Shown one piece after another: positions 24,561 to 37,249 of a DNA stretch of 64,000 bases (positions are counted from its first letter, which is position 1; each line of letters starts with the position of its first letter). Made by a program: the position numbers and the translations under genes. This DNA is from Squalus acanthias. Its lineage: Eukaryota. The stretch is from NCBI GenBank assembly GCA_030390025.1, contig JASTWF010000048.1, positions 1,674,001 to 1,738,000 on the forward strand, given 5' to 3'. Below the pieces are notes generated by a model. That model did not search any database, was not told the origin of the DNA, and saw nothing but the letters and a program-made list of their open reading frames with translations.

Positions 24561-25516
24561 CAACCACTATCTCTCTGTTTAGCAGTAAGGAGAGCAAACG
24601 GGAGCAGGTCGTTGCAAAGTTGAGCTAAACAACTTACGTGAATGAGAAAAAACAGCGACAGGCAGAGTTTAACGTGGAACGTGGGAAATATGAGACCAAC
24701 CACTGGGGGCCTAAGGAGGAAACATCAGTGTATTTTCTAACTGATGAGAAGCTGGAAACTGTCGAGGAGCAAAGAGATTTAGTTGGCCCGGTACACAAAT
24801 CAATAAAAACCAGGAGACAGGTGCAAAAAGGAATCAAACAGCTTAATGCAATGTTGGCCTTTATGTCAACGAGGCTGGAATACAAAAGGGAGGAAGTTAT
24901 GCTTCAGTTGGGCAGAGATCTGTCAGACTCCAAGTGGCAAACCAGGTTCTGTTCTGGGGAACGCACCTCAGGAAGGAAGTTTTGATCTTGCAGGGAGTGC
25001 AAGGCAGATTCACCAGAATGCTTAGAGGGTTAAATTATGAAGACAGGTGGCATAGAATATCCTTGTCTGCCCTTGCATATACAAGATTGAGGGATGAACT
25101 GATTTAGTCTTTTGAGGTTAAAAGGTGTTGATAGGGTAGACAGAATGAAAGTATGTCCACTGGTGGCGTGGTCCAAAACAACGGGGCATAACTTTACAGT
25201 GAGAGCTAAGCCTTTCTCGCGTGAGGGCAGGAAGCACTTCTTCACACAAAGGGCAGTGAGAAACTTCAATTCTCTGCCCGAAAACGATGTGGGTGCTGGC
25301 GGTCAATTGGAGATTTCTTTACCGATATTGATTGATTTTTTCTTGAATTAGTTAGCAAATCAAGAGATAGGGAGCAAAAGCGGGTCGATGGATTTAAGTT
25401 AAGTTACAGCTATGATCCAATTGAATGGCGAAGTCGGGTTGACGAGCTGAATGGCCTCCTCCTGTTCCTGTCTTTCTATTAAACCATGTTCCAGGCACTG
25501 AAATCTTTCATGGTCC

Positions 25517-25536
25517 TAGAGCGCCCTCTGCTGTCC
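25517..25536 (-). promoter_or_regulatory. CTCF motif, F1 type
   Basis: GGACAGCAGAGGGCGCTCTA. Confidence 0.7.
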
Positions 25537-26069
25537 TTGTGGAGAAACACAGCGTCAGTCGACAAAAACCNNNNNNNNNNNNNNNNNNNNNNNNNNNNNN
25601 NNNNNNNNNNNNNNNNNNNNNNNNNNNNNNNNNNNNNNNNNNNNNNNNNNNNNNNNNNNNNNNNNNNNNNNNNNNNNNNNNNNNNNNNNNNNNNNNNNNN
25701 NNNNNNNNNNNNNNNNNNNNNTTTCTTTTTCGTTCTATCTTTCTGTCTTTGTGCCTTTCTTTCTCTATCCTTTTCTTTTTTTTTCTCTATCACTATATCA
25801 TTCTTTCCTTCGTTACTTATATATTTAATTCCCTCTTTCTACGTTTTTTACATTCCTTCTTTCCTTTCTTTCTTTTTGGTTTGATTATTTGAGTTTGTTT
25901 TGCTCAGCCCCAACTCTACCTATCACTGAAAGCCAGTGACCTCGGCGGACTGAATGTGCTCAACACTTCAGACAGGACAGGTTGATGTTGTGCCCGAGCA
26001 ACATATCCTTCTATTGCTTTCTCATTCTTGTGTTTTTGTAGCTTCCCCTTAAATGCATCTATGCTACTC

Positions 26070-27139
26070 GAAGTAACTGGCTATCTCTTAGAAGGCAGAG
26101 GGTGGTGGTGGATGGAAAATTTTCGGACTGGAGACCAGTTACCAGCGGTGTGCCACAGGGGTCGGTGCTGGGTCCTCTGCTGTTTGTGATTTTTATCAAT
26201 GACCTGGAGGAGGGGACTGAAGGGTGGATCAGTAAATTTGCTGATGACACCAAGATTGGTGGAGTAGTGGATGAGGTGGAGGGCTGTTGTAGGCTGCAAA
26301 AAAACATTGATAGGATGCAGAGCTGGGCCGAAAAATGGCAGATGGAATTTAACCCTGATAAGTACGAGGTGATTCATTTTGGTAGGGCAAATTTGAATAA
26401 GGATTACAGAGTCAACGGCAGGGTTCTGAGGAACGTGGAGGAACAGAGGGATCTGGGGGTTCATATGCACAGATCTCTGAAGGTTGCCACTCAAGTGGAT
26501 AGTGCAGTAAAGAAGGCCTATAGTGTGTTAGCGTTTATTAACAAGGGGTTTGGGTTTAAGAACCGTGAGGTTATGCTGCAACTGTACAGGACCTTGGTGA
26601 GACCACATTTGGAATATTGTGTGCAGTTCTGGTCACCTCACTATAAGAAGGACGTGGAAGCATTGGAAAGAGTGCAAAGGAGATTTACTAGGATGCTGCC
26701 TAGGTTGGGGGGGAGGTCATATGAGGAAGGATTGAGGGAGCTTATGCTTTACTCTTTAGAGCGGAGGAGGATGAGAGGCGACTTAATAGAGATTTATAAG
26801 ATGATGAGGGGGATAGATAGAGTGGATGTTCAGAGACTATTTCCTCGGGTGGATGTAGCTGTTACAAGGGGGCATAACTATAAGGTGCATGGGGGGAGAT
26901 ATAGAAGGGATGTCCGAGGTAGATTCTTTACTCAGAGAGTGGTTGGGGTGTGGAATGAACTGCCTGCTGTGATAGTGGAGTCGGACACTTTAGGAACTTT
27001 CAAGCGGTGATTGGATAAGCACATGAAGCACACCAGAATGATAGGGAGTGGGACAGCTTGATCTTGGTTTCGGACAATGCTCGGCACAACATCGAGGGCC
27101 GAAGGGCCTGTACTGTGCTGTACTGTTCTATGTTCTATG
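26070..27139 (+). mobile_element. 5'-truncated CR1 LINE (second subfamily), nested in an older CR1
   Basis: ORF 26102-27010 with GVPQGSVLGP, FADD; (gttctat)n tail. Confidence 0.92.
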
Positions 27140-27357
27140 ACACAAACACTCCCTGTGGTAGCGAGTTCAACGTTCACGCCATTCTCTGAGTAAAGAAGTT
27201 TCTACTGAATTCCCTATTTGAATTTATCTTATATTTATGACCCCGAGCTTTGGTCTTTCCCACATGTGGAAAAATTTTCGATACATCGATCCTATCGAAA
27301 CCGTTTCATAATTTTCGCTATCAGCTTACCACTCAGTCTTCTCTTTTCTAGAGAAAG

Positions 27358-27685
27358 CAGCCTTCCACGTGTATTGTCTGTGCCGGGACATGTTAGGGTT
27401 ACCGATAGTCTTCACAGAGCATTTCAGTTCCACACGCTCCCGAGGTAATTTGAAGACAGCGGCGGGAGTCTGGCGGATAATCTGAGAGCTCACATCTAGG
27501 ATAGAGACGGGGAGAGGGAGAGGTCAGTAAACAGGGACATTCGGGCAATGGGAAAAGTGAGCAAGAGCGAAAGAAAGAAAGAGACATAGAAAGAAAGTAA
27601 GTAAATGGCGATTGTTAGCAATAATTATTGTTGAAAAACTTTCTTAAGGTTAAACGTGTTCAGCAGTCCCAGTAACAGATAGTTA
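27358..27685 (-). pseudogene. TRBV: 3'-truncated TRBV F1 pseudogene (V remnant ~27358-27495), no RSS
   Basis: FR1 to FR2 homology, then CR1 sequence; degenerate leader at ~27648-27685. Confidence 0.8.
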
Positions 27686-28619
27686 TTTTATTTCAATGTT
27701 TAATTCCAATGAGGGAAGGAGCGAGAGCAGGAACTTTCACTGTTGCGAGGAGCCAAAGCGCGCTTTTCAAATCATTGAGAGAAACATGAAAAAATTAAGG
27801 AAGCAATAAAGGGATGGATAGATCCCCTGTCTCCAGTTCAACCAATCGGAATCGACGTGTTTGCCAATGTCTCCCCTTGTTTATCACTGTCTCTCAATCT
27901 CTCATTCTCTCTCTCTTTCTTTCTCTCGTGTCTCTCTCTATGTTCCTCCGGCTCTCTTTATCTCTCTCTGAAACTTTCATTGTCTGGCTGTATATGTTTC
28001 AGCATCTCCCNNNNNNNNNNNNNNNNNNNNNNNNNNNNNNNNNNNNNNNNNNNNNNNNNNNNNNNNNNNNNNNNNNNNNNNNNNNNNNNNNNNNNNNNNN
28101 NNNNNNNNNNNNNNNNNNNNNNNNNNNNNNNNNNNNNNNNNNNNNNNNNNNTCTATCTCTCACTCTTTATTTCTCAGTTTCCTCTCTCTCTCTCTTTCTC
28201 TATCTCTTTCTCTTTGTCTCTCTCACTCCCTCATTAACTAACTCACTCTCTTGCTCTCTCTCTCTCTCTCTCTCTCACTTGAAACAAACTGCATTGAAAG
28301 GTAAATGTGCGCTGATCAGAACTGGTCTCCAGACTCAGACTGTGGAGCAGGAGTGAGAGATACGCGGTCCCACAGGCCCGCACTTCCATCTCCCTCCTTC
28401 CTCCTGATTCCTCCACAAATGCACGGATTGGTTACTTGTTGCAGGGCGGGGATGACGTATCACGTCAGACGACACGCCTCACCATCTTGTCCACAGCCAT
28501 TTAATGCGGGGAGGGGAGTGGAGGGAATATGGGATGCGAGGGGGAGGAAGGAGTAGGAGAGAGTCGAGGACAGGAGGGTAAGTATTGAAGGAGAAAGGAA
28601 GCACGGAACTAATATCTAG

Positions 28620-28638
28620 TGCTGCCACATGGTGGCGG
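28620..28638 (-). promoter_or_regulatory. CTCF motif, F2 type
   Basis: CCGCCACCATGTGGCAGCA. Confidence 0.65.
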
Positions 28639-28672
28639 ATATGGAGCACTGAACTCCCAGTCGTCCGCTGCA

Positions 28673-28711
28673 GGTTTTTGTAGCTGGGGAGCCGCTTTCT
28701 CAAACGCTGTG
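28673..28711 (-). other. 23-RSS (CACAGCG-23-ACAAAAACC)
   Basis: Counted. Confidence 0.95.
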
Positions 28712-29634
28712 CGGTACTACAAGCACAGTAATAGACAGCGGTGTGAGACGGAGAGGCGGCGCTCAGTTCCAAAGTAAACAGCGTATTGCTGCTTCTTTCT
28801 GCCTTAAAAGACTCGGTCGTGTACTTCGTAACATCACCTGCTCCAACAGAAGTGAAAAGAGCTTCTAATGCCCGGTCGGGTTGTTGGCTATACCAGAGCA
28901 TAAAGCTATAGCCAGTATTCGTCAGCGTGCATCTGAGCTTGGTCGGATCTCCTGCTCCAATCGATAAGACAGAAGGCGACTGCTCCACGTACGAGGCGAG
29001 TATTCCTGTCGAACACAACATCGATTAGTTTCTTGTTTATGGCAATAATGTATTAAAGCGCGGACTACAGAGAAAAAGAACTTCCATTCATAAAGCTCTA
29101 TTCACGACTTCAGAAACTCACAAAGCTCTTTAAAACCAATGAGGTACTGATTAAAGTGTAGTCATTGTTGTAATGTAGGAAAGGAGACAGCCAATTTGAG
29201 CATAGCAAGCTCCCACATACTGCCTTGAAATAAATTACCAGTACATCAGGTTCTTGGTATTTGTTGTGGGGTTAATGTTGGACCAGGACACTGGCGACAA
29301 CATCACTGACTTTCTTCCAATAGTGCAATGGGATAATTTGTGTCCACCTGAAATGGGCAGCTCAGTTTAACGCCTTATCTGAATGATGAAACCTCCGAAA
29401 GTGCAGCACTCCCTCAGTGCTGGCCTCGGGATTGCCAGCATAGATTTTGTGCTCAAGTCTCATGAGTAAGACTCGAACACAAAACCTCTGATTCAGAGGC
29501 AAGGTGTCTACCAGCTGAACAACAGCTGACATTATAGTACATTATTCTACAAAGACCTCTGCATAAGTTTATTAATTTGACTTACGTGGGATCAGTGTCG
29601 CCATCAACGTTAGATAATGAGCTTCACGAAACAT
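28712..29634 (-). CDS. TRBV: TRBV F2, intact: leader 29586-29634, V exon 28712-29005
   Basis: Leader MFREAHYLTLMATLIP; V ..WYSQQ..YYCACST. Confidence 0.88.
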
Positions 29635-32182
29635 GATTTATTTATTCGACACTGGCTCGCTGTGTGATCGGGTGCAGCTCAATACCACGTTTAAAGGCAG
29701 TTTCTCGGTTGGATCTGATTAAATACGAAACATCCGCTTATAAATGTCACTCTTACGTCACTTCCTCTGTAACCCACGCTCCATTCCATTCCTTCGGTAG
29801 TTTAGTTTCTTCACAGAACGGTACAGCACGGAAGGTTCAGGAGCGAATTAAAAGAGATGATCAAAATTATGAAGGATTTTGATAGACTTGATAGGGAGAA
29901 ACTAAATCCATTGGCAAGAGGGTCGTTAAGTAGAGCACATAAACTTAAGATAATTGGCAAACAAAAACAGCGGGGAGATGAGGAGACATAAATGTTATTA
30001 CACAGAGAGTTTTCATGGTCTGGAATGTATTGCCTGAACGGGCAGTGGAAGCAGATTCAATAATAACTTTCAAAAGGGAATTAGATATAAACTTGAAAAA
30101 TAAAGAAAAAACAGGTCTGCGGGGAATGAGCAGGATAGCCGGACTAAATTGATAGGAGCGACCAAAACTAAGGGTCACAAATATAAGATAAACACTAATA
30201 AATCTAACAGAGAATTCAGGAGTAATAACTTCACACAAAGTGTGCTGGGAATGTAGAACTTGAAAACACATGGAGTAGTTGAGGGAAATGGCATAAATGT
30301 ATTTAAGCGGAAGGTAGATAAGTATGTGAGGGAGGAAGGAATAGAAGGAGATGATGATGGGGTGGTCGAAGAGGGGTGGGGTGAAGCCCGAGGGGGTTTC
30401 GTTGGGTAGGTCTTTCAAAGAGACGGCACTGGCTCGATGGGCCGAATGGCCTGCTTCTGTGCTGTACGATTTTATGCTTCTATAAGACACGCAACATTGT
30501 TGGGACAAAGTGCTCTCCTGTTTCAGGCAGTGCGGGTTTCAGTTCCTGTGTGCTGAACAAGAATTCAAGGGTTACATGTTGTACTGGGATGAATTCGCAG
30601 AATCATTGAGAAACACATCAAAAGGCCCCGAGAGCCTGATAGAGTAGCGGCTAAACGGTTGTGAACAGATGCTGAAAGCGCCGCCATGAGGCAGGTGTCC
30701 CGGTGACACACATATCTGGAGACGCATCTCGACTCTGCACAGTGTAATAGTTCGGTGACACGTTTAAGGATTCTAAGATTAACAATTTCCTATTGGTATG
30801 AGATAGTTCAACTTAGGGCAGAGAATGTTAAGGGGAGAATTGATAGAGGTGTTCAAAATCATGAAGGTTTTGCTGGACAAATTAAGGGGAAATTCTCTCC
30901 AGTGGCCGCAGGGTCGGTGACCAGAGGAGGCAGATAAAAGGTGATTGACAGAAGAACCAGAGGGGGAGAGGAGAGAATGTGTTTACTTGCGAGTTGTTAT
31001 GATCTGGAATGCACCGTCTGAAAGGGCGGTAGAAGAAGTTTGAATAGTAACTTTCAAAAGTGAATTGGATAAAATCTTGCAGGGAAAATTTACAGGGCTA
31101 ATGGGAAAGAGAAGGGGAGGGGGACTAATCGGACAGCTCTTTCAAAGAGCCGGCACAGGCACAATGGGCCGAATGGAGTCCATCTGAGCTCCATCTGTGG
31201 TGCATCATTCTAAGGTTATATCATAATCAGCGCATCTCTGATCACTACCGCAATCCGACAAATCGGGGAGGGATCTGCACCCACTCTGCTGAGGTGATCC
31301 TGGGAATTATTCAGAGGAATAATCGGGAGGTACGTGTGAGATCCGTCACATATTCCTCCGTCCATTCTTTCAACTCTGGTATTAACCCATTGAACCCTCC
31401 GCCTCCTCTACTCTTAGAATGTAAAGAATAACTTAAAGAAAAGGACATCCAAACCAGCAATATAGCATGTTTAATGATTAATATTAAATTAAATTCATCT
31501 AAGGTGACAGAGANNNNNNNNNNNNNNNNNNNNNNNNNNNNNNNNNNNNNNNNNNNNNNNNNNNNNNNNNNNNNNNNNNNNNNNNNNNNNNNNNNNNNNN
31601 NNNNNNNNNNNNNNNNNNNNNNNNNNNNNNNNNNNNNNNNNNNNNNNNNNNNNNNNNNNNNTTGAGAGATAGACTGATAGATACATATATACATATATAG
31701 ATACAAGCGGAACAATTTCCAGACTTGAAATCTTTAGTTGTCTGCCCATTTTGTTTATTTCCTGCCGATGACCCGCTGTATATTCCAGCTTCGTCTCACA
31801 AAGGAAACGCCATCTGAGACGCTTTCTCAGCCTCTTTNNNNNNNNNNNNNNNNNNNNNNNNNNNNNNNNNNNNNNNNNNNNNNNNNNNNNNNNNNNNNNN
31901 NNNNNNNNNNNNNNNNNNNNNNNNNNNNNNNNNNNNNNNNNNNNNNNNNNNNNNNNNNNNNNNNNNNNNNNNNNNNNNNNNNNNNNNNNNNNNNNNNNNN
32001 NNNNNNNNNNNNNNNNNNNNNNNNNNNNNNNNNNNNNNNNNNNNNNNNNNNNNNNNNNNNNNNNNNNNNNNNNNNNNNNNNNNNNNNNNNNNNNNNNNNN
32101 NNNNNNNNNNNNNNNNNNNNNNNNNNNNNNNNNNNNNNNNNNNNNNNNNNNNNNNNNNNNGCGGTAGGGTCTGAGACGGGCG

Positions 32183-32221
32183 TGTTTTTGTCGCACGGTT
32201 CAGTCCGAGTCTGTCTCTGTG
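32183..32221 (-). other. 23-RSS (CACAGAG-23-ACAAAAACA)
   Basis: Counted. Confidence 0.9.
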
Positions 32222-33555
32222 CATCACTGCAGGCGCAGAAATACCGCGCCCTTTCGTTCGGCCGCACCATCGATATCTTCAGATCGCTGGAGCTGTCTGC
32301 AGTTTGTTTGGCCCAAAATCGTTCCGTGATCCCATCCGACCTGGTCGGGTCATCTGCCTGGAACGCCTGCAGGATGCGCTGGAGTCAAAGGCCCGGGAGC
32401 TGACAGTACCAGCACATGTAAGCATCAGACCCTCGTTGGGTACACGGGATTGTCACAGACTCGCCCTCTCTCACCGAAACATACTCCCGGAACAGCCCTG
32501 TCTTGTGAGACTCGCCAACTACTCGAAGCAAAACAGGAATGAACAGCAAAGAGAGCCATTTATTTCCCAGAAATAAGACACATTAACCTGATTAATTATT
32601 AGCTGTTCCGTGACTGATATTGCTCTCTTTCTCACTCGCTTATTTTTTGATTTAATAGATTTATTCCCTGTATTTTCACTTAAGTCTAATTCAGGTGAAT
32701 AAAGGCGTGAATACTGTCGATAGAGAGAATCAATATCCTCTGGTGGGTAGAGTCCAGAACAAGGGGGCACAATCTTAAAATTAGAGCCAGACCATTCAGG
32801 TGTGCTGTCAGCGAACACTTGTTCACAAAAAGGGTAGTGGAAATCTGGAACTCTCTCCCCCAAAATACTTTTGAGGTTGGAGGTCAATTGAACATTGCAA
32901 ATTCACGATTGATATTTTTTTGTTCGTAAGTTTATTAAGGGTTACGGGACCAATGCAGGTAAATGCAGTTGAGATACCGACCAGCCATGATCTAATTGGA
33001 TGGCGGAACACGTTCGCGGGACTGAGCGGCCTCCTCCTCTGTTCTTAACAGACACATACGATCTGCTTTTAATAGATACGACAAGAACAGCATAATCTCC
33101 TAAACCCTCAGGTACTTGTGGTTATTTGGGAGACAGTTGTTTTATTGGAGCTCTCCCTGGAAAAGGGACAATTCTCAGGAATTGACGTGGAAATGTTCAC
33201 TCACTTTTTCAAATAAAACAGTAATAATCCTGTTATCTATATGTCCATCCCTCCTCTATTAACACAATGTATTTCCTTTATTTTTCACGACAATTTTACA
33301 GGCTATTTGCTCCAACAACGCTGTTGTATTTCTTTCACTGTTTGTTTGTTTCAATTTTCTTTCTTTCGATCTCTTTCTTTCTTTCTATCTGTCCTTTATT
33401 CTTTCATTCTTTCTTTCTTTCTTTCCTTCTTTCTTTCTTAATCTTTCTCCTGAACACTTGGTTTGTATTGACTGTGACAAATTTCTGCTCCAAACCTATA
33501 ATCTTACCCGCCAACAGGACAGCAGAAACGTGCAAGACAGGAGCCAAGTCCGTAT
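32222..33555 (-). pseudogene. TRBV: TRBV F3 pseudogene (V exon 32222-32521, leader 33508-33555)
   Basis: In-frame TGA in FR2 (WYCQLPGL*); leader starts ATA and has a 1-nt deletion. Confidence 0.88.
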
Positions 33556-34569
33556 TGTCCGGGACAGGAGGTCTGAGACCAGAACCCCCATGTCCAACAT
33601 GCTGCCCAGTGACCGGGGTTATGAGCCTGCTGGGTGCAAGGACGGAACTAGTGGGTGTAACCCGGAACCACCTTTATGATTCAAAAGATAACACTGAATA
33701 TACATTTCCGGCCATTCCTGTTTGATTGACAGCCCTGTTCCTCCCAATTATATTGACAATGCAGCTCCGCGACCATTGGTGGGTAACCCGGCACCTCCCT
33801 CTCTGATTGTAGGTAATAGAGCAGATGGGAACAGGGAATCGGAAAGGGGAAATTGGCAGATTAAATTTTATGTGGGCAAGTGTGAGGTCATGCACTTTGG
33901 CCCTAAGAAAGAAAGGTGTCCAGGTACACAAATCACTAAACGCCAGTAGACAGGTGCAAAAATGAATCAAAAAGGACAATGGAATGCTGCCCTTCATCTG
34001 AAGGAGTCTGGAATACAAAGCGAGCAAGTTGTGCTCCTGTCATATAGAGCCTTGGTCAGACACCATCTGGAGTACTGAGATCAGTCTGGGCATCGCAACT
34101 CAGGAAGGATGTGTTAGACTTAGAGGGAATCGAGCACAGATTCACCAGACTGATACCGGGGCTTATATGGTTAAATTGTAAGGGCAGGCTGAGGATCAAT
34201 TGGAGCTTTCAAGACTGTGATTGACCGATATTTGTTGGGTAAGGGTATCGAGGTATATGGAGCAAAGTTGATTAGTTGGAGTTGAGACACACATCAGCCA
34301 TGATCTTATTGAATGGCATATCAGGCTCGAGGGCTGAAAGGCCTACTCTTGTTCATATGTGACAGGCTCGAGTAGTTACACGGCCTTCTCCTGTCGCTGT
34401 TTAACAGGGTCGATGGCCAAATTGCCACTTCCTGCTCCTATGTAACAGGCTAGAGAGATGTATGACCTCTTCCTGCTCCTGTGTAACAGGCGCAACGGAA
34501 TTGAATGACCTCCTCTTAATCCTTTCTTCCTGCCAAAACATTTTCAATAAACAGCGTATTTCATGCTCC

Positions 34570-34589
34570 TGGAGCGCCATCTGCTGTCC
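34570..34589 (-). promoter_or_regulatory. CTCF motif, F1 type
   Basis: GGACAGCAGATGGCGCTCCA. Confidence 0.7.
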
Positions 34590-34953
34590 CTGTGGAGAAA
34601 GAAAACATTGTGTCAGTGTAAAAAAGCAAGCAGTCTTATAATTTTATTTTCTTATTTTTATCTCTCTATCCTTCTTTCTGCCATTCTTTTGGTCTTTCTT
34701 TCGTTCTCTCCTTCTTTCCTTCCTTTTTTTTTTCTTGATATCTTTTGCTTGTTTCTCTCTATCCAACTTTCATTCTATCATTCTCCACTACATCTAACTT
34801 AATCTTTCTTTGCACCTTCTCCGGTGCCTTTATATCTAATCTCTCACTTTTCTTCGAACGCGTGTCAAAAACACGTTCGCTCTGCGAAACAAAACACAGC
34901 GGAAGGAAGCAACGCGCTGTGTTAGCGTATACAGGTGTCTCTTGCCTCGTTGG

Positions 34954-34992
34954 GGTTTTTGTTCAGCTCCTCCATCTCTCTGATTCACTGTG
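34954..34992 (-). other. Canonical 23-RSS
   Basis: CACAGTG-23-ACAAAAACC, counted. Confidence 0.97.
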
Positions 34993-35564
34993 CAGACTCC
35001 AGGCGCAGTAATACACGGCCGAGTGATTCGCCCGCAGGCTGGAGCACTTCAGGTTGAACTCGTTGTCATTCGGTCGCTCGGCGCTAAAACCGTCCACCGC
35101 CCCCTCTGGGTCGACCATATTTGTACCAAAGGAGTAAAACACCAATTGCGGCTCCTTCCCCAGGTATTGTCTGTACCAGGATATTCGATTGCTACTGTCC
35201 CCCTCCGCATCGCACTTCAGTTCAACTCCAACCCCGGGAATGTTGGAGACAGCGTCCGGAGTCTGGAGGATATTCTGCGAGTTCACGGCTGGGAAAGAGA
35301 CGGGAAGAGAGGAATTCAGTAAACGGTGANNNNNNNNNNNNNNNNNNNNNNNNNNNNNNNNNNNNNNNNNNNNNNNNNNNNNNNNNNNNNNNNNNNNNNN
35401 NNNNNNNNNNNNNNNNNNNNNNNNNNNNNNNNNNNNNNNNNNNNNNNNNNNNNNNNNNNNNNNNNNNNNNNNNNNNNNNNNNNAGGAACATTATTAATAA
35501 GATTTATTGTTTGAAAAAGTCACTTACTGTGAAACAAGATCATCAGACCCAGTAACAGATACAT
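34993..35564 (-). CDS. TRBV: TRBV F1, intact: leader 35528-35564, V exon 34993-35288
   Basis: MYLLLGLMILFH|TVNSQNILQ..YYCAWS; extra Cys in FR3 (NLKCSS). Confidence 0.88.
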
Positions 35565-36179
35565 CTTTCAATTGAAGATTTTCTCTTAATAAGGAAAAGA
35601 GCGAGAACAGGAGAGTTGTGTCTTGAGAGAAGCCAACCCGCTCTTTTCAAATCATTGTGGTAAACATGAAGAGCGTGAGGAATGATGCAGGGTTGGACAC
35701 AACCAGAGTCGACGTGGTTGCTAATTACCAATGACTGACTGGACATTATGCCTTTCACATTCCCAGCAATGGTGTCCATTGATCATTGATTATTTCCTAA
35801 TCAAAAATGCATTTCTGCACATCTGGATCCCAAGTTAGCCACATGTGACTAGTGGCTAACACATGGACAACACTGGTCGAAAGCAAAGCCATTAGACAAC
35901 AAGACGGTGCAACAATATTCGGATCACACGGGCTGTTCATCACTTCAAACGCACGGCTGGGCTCCTGGTTGGACCGTATGACGATCAGGAGGATTCAAAG
36001 AATCGCTTGACTGGTGAACCTGCAAACGGCCCCACTGTATTCAGACTGCAGTGAACGCGTTCCACATCAGAGATAACTTTGGATGAGCTGGAACATGAAT
36101 GGCGACCTTTGTGTGTGTGTTGTGTGTGTGTGTGTGTGTGTGCCTCGCTCTCTCTCTTTCTCTCCATCTATCACTCTTT

Positions 36180-37249
36180 CTGTCTTCTGAGGAGCGCCAA
36201 CACCTCGAAGCAAAACAGGAATGAATAGCAAAGACAGACATTTATTTCCCCAGAAATAAGTCACACTGACCTGTTTAATTATTAGCTGTTCCGTGACTGC
36301 TATTCCTCTGTCTCTCAGTCGCTTATTTTTGATTTTAATCGATTTAGTCCATATATTTTCACTTAAGTCTAATTCAGGTGATTACAGGCGTGGATACTGT
36401 AGATAGAGAGAATCAATTACTTCTGGTGGGGAGAGTCCAGAACAAGGGAGCTAAATCTTAAAATTAGAGCCAGGCCATTCAGGGGTGATGTCAGGGAGCA
36501 CTTCTTCACAAAAAGGGTAGTGGAAAACTGGAACTCTCTCCCAATTAAAGATTGATAGTTTTTTGTTGGTAAGGGTATTATGGGTTATGGAACCAAGGCA
36601 AGTAAATGGACTTGAGATACAGACCAGACATGATCTAATTGGATGGCGGAACCGGTTCGAGGGGCTGAGCGGCCTCCTCCTCTGCTCTTAACAGACACAT
36701 GCGATCTGCGACCTGCTGGCATTTAATCGATACATCAAGAACAGCATAATCTCCTAAACCCTCAGGCACTTGTGGTTATTTGGGAGCCAGTTGTTTTAGT
36801 GGAGCTCTCCATGTAAAAGGGAAAATTCTCAGGATTTGACGTGGGAAAGGTCACCCACTTTTTCCAACAAAACCGTAATAATCCTGTTATCTATATGTCC
36901 ATTCCGCCTCCATTAACACAATGTATCTCCTTTATTTTTCACTAAAATTACACAGGCTATTTGCTCCAACGATCCTTTTTTATTTTCTTTCTTTCTGTCT
37001 TTCTTTCGCTCTTTCTTTCTTTCTCTCAATCTTTCTTACTCTCTTTCTGCCTTTCTATCTTTCTTTATTCTTTCCTTCTTTCTTTCTTTCTTTCTTTCTT
37101 TCCTTCCTTCCTTCTTTCTTTCCTTCTTTATCTCTCTTTCTATTGAACACTTGGTTTGTATAGTCTGTAATACATTTCTGCTCCAAACTTAAAAACTTAC
37201 CCGCTAACAGGAACAGCAGAAACGTGTAAGACAGGAGCCAAGTCCGCAT
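36180..37249 (-). pseudogene. TRBV: TRBV F3 remnant: intact leader 37201-37249 and intron, only ~24 nt of V exon
   Basis: Leader MRTWLLSYTFLLFLLAG; intron homologous to 32522-33507; V ends after GVGAPQKT. Confidence 0.8.
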
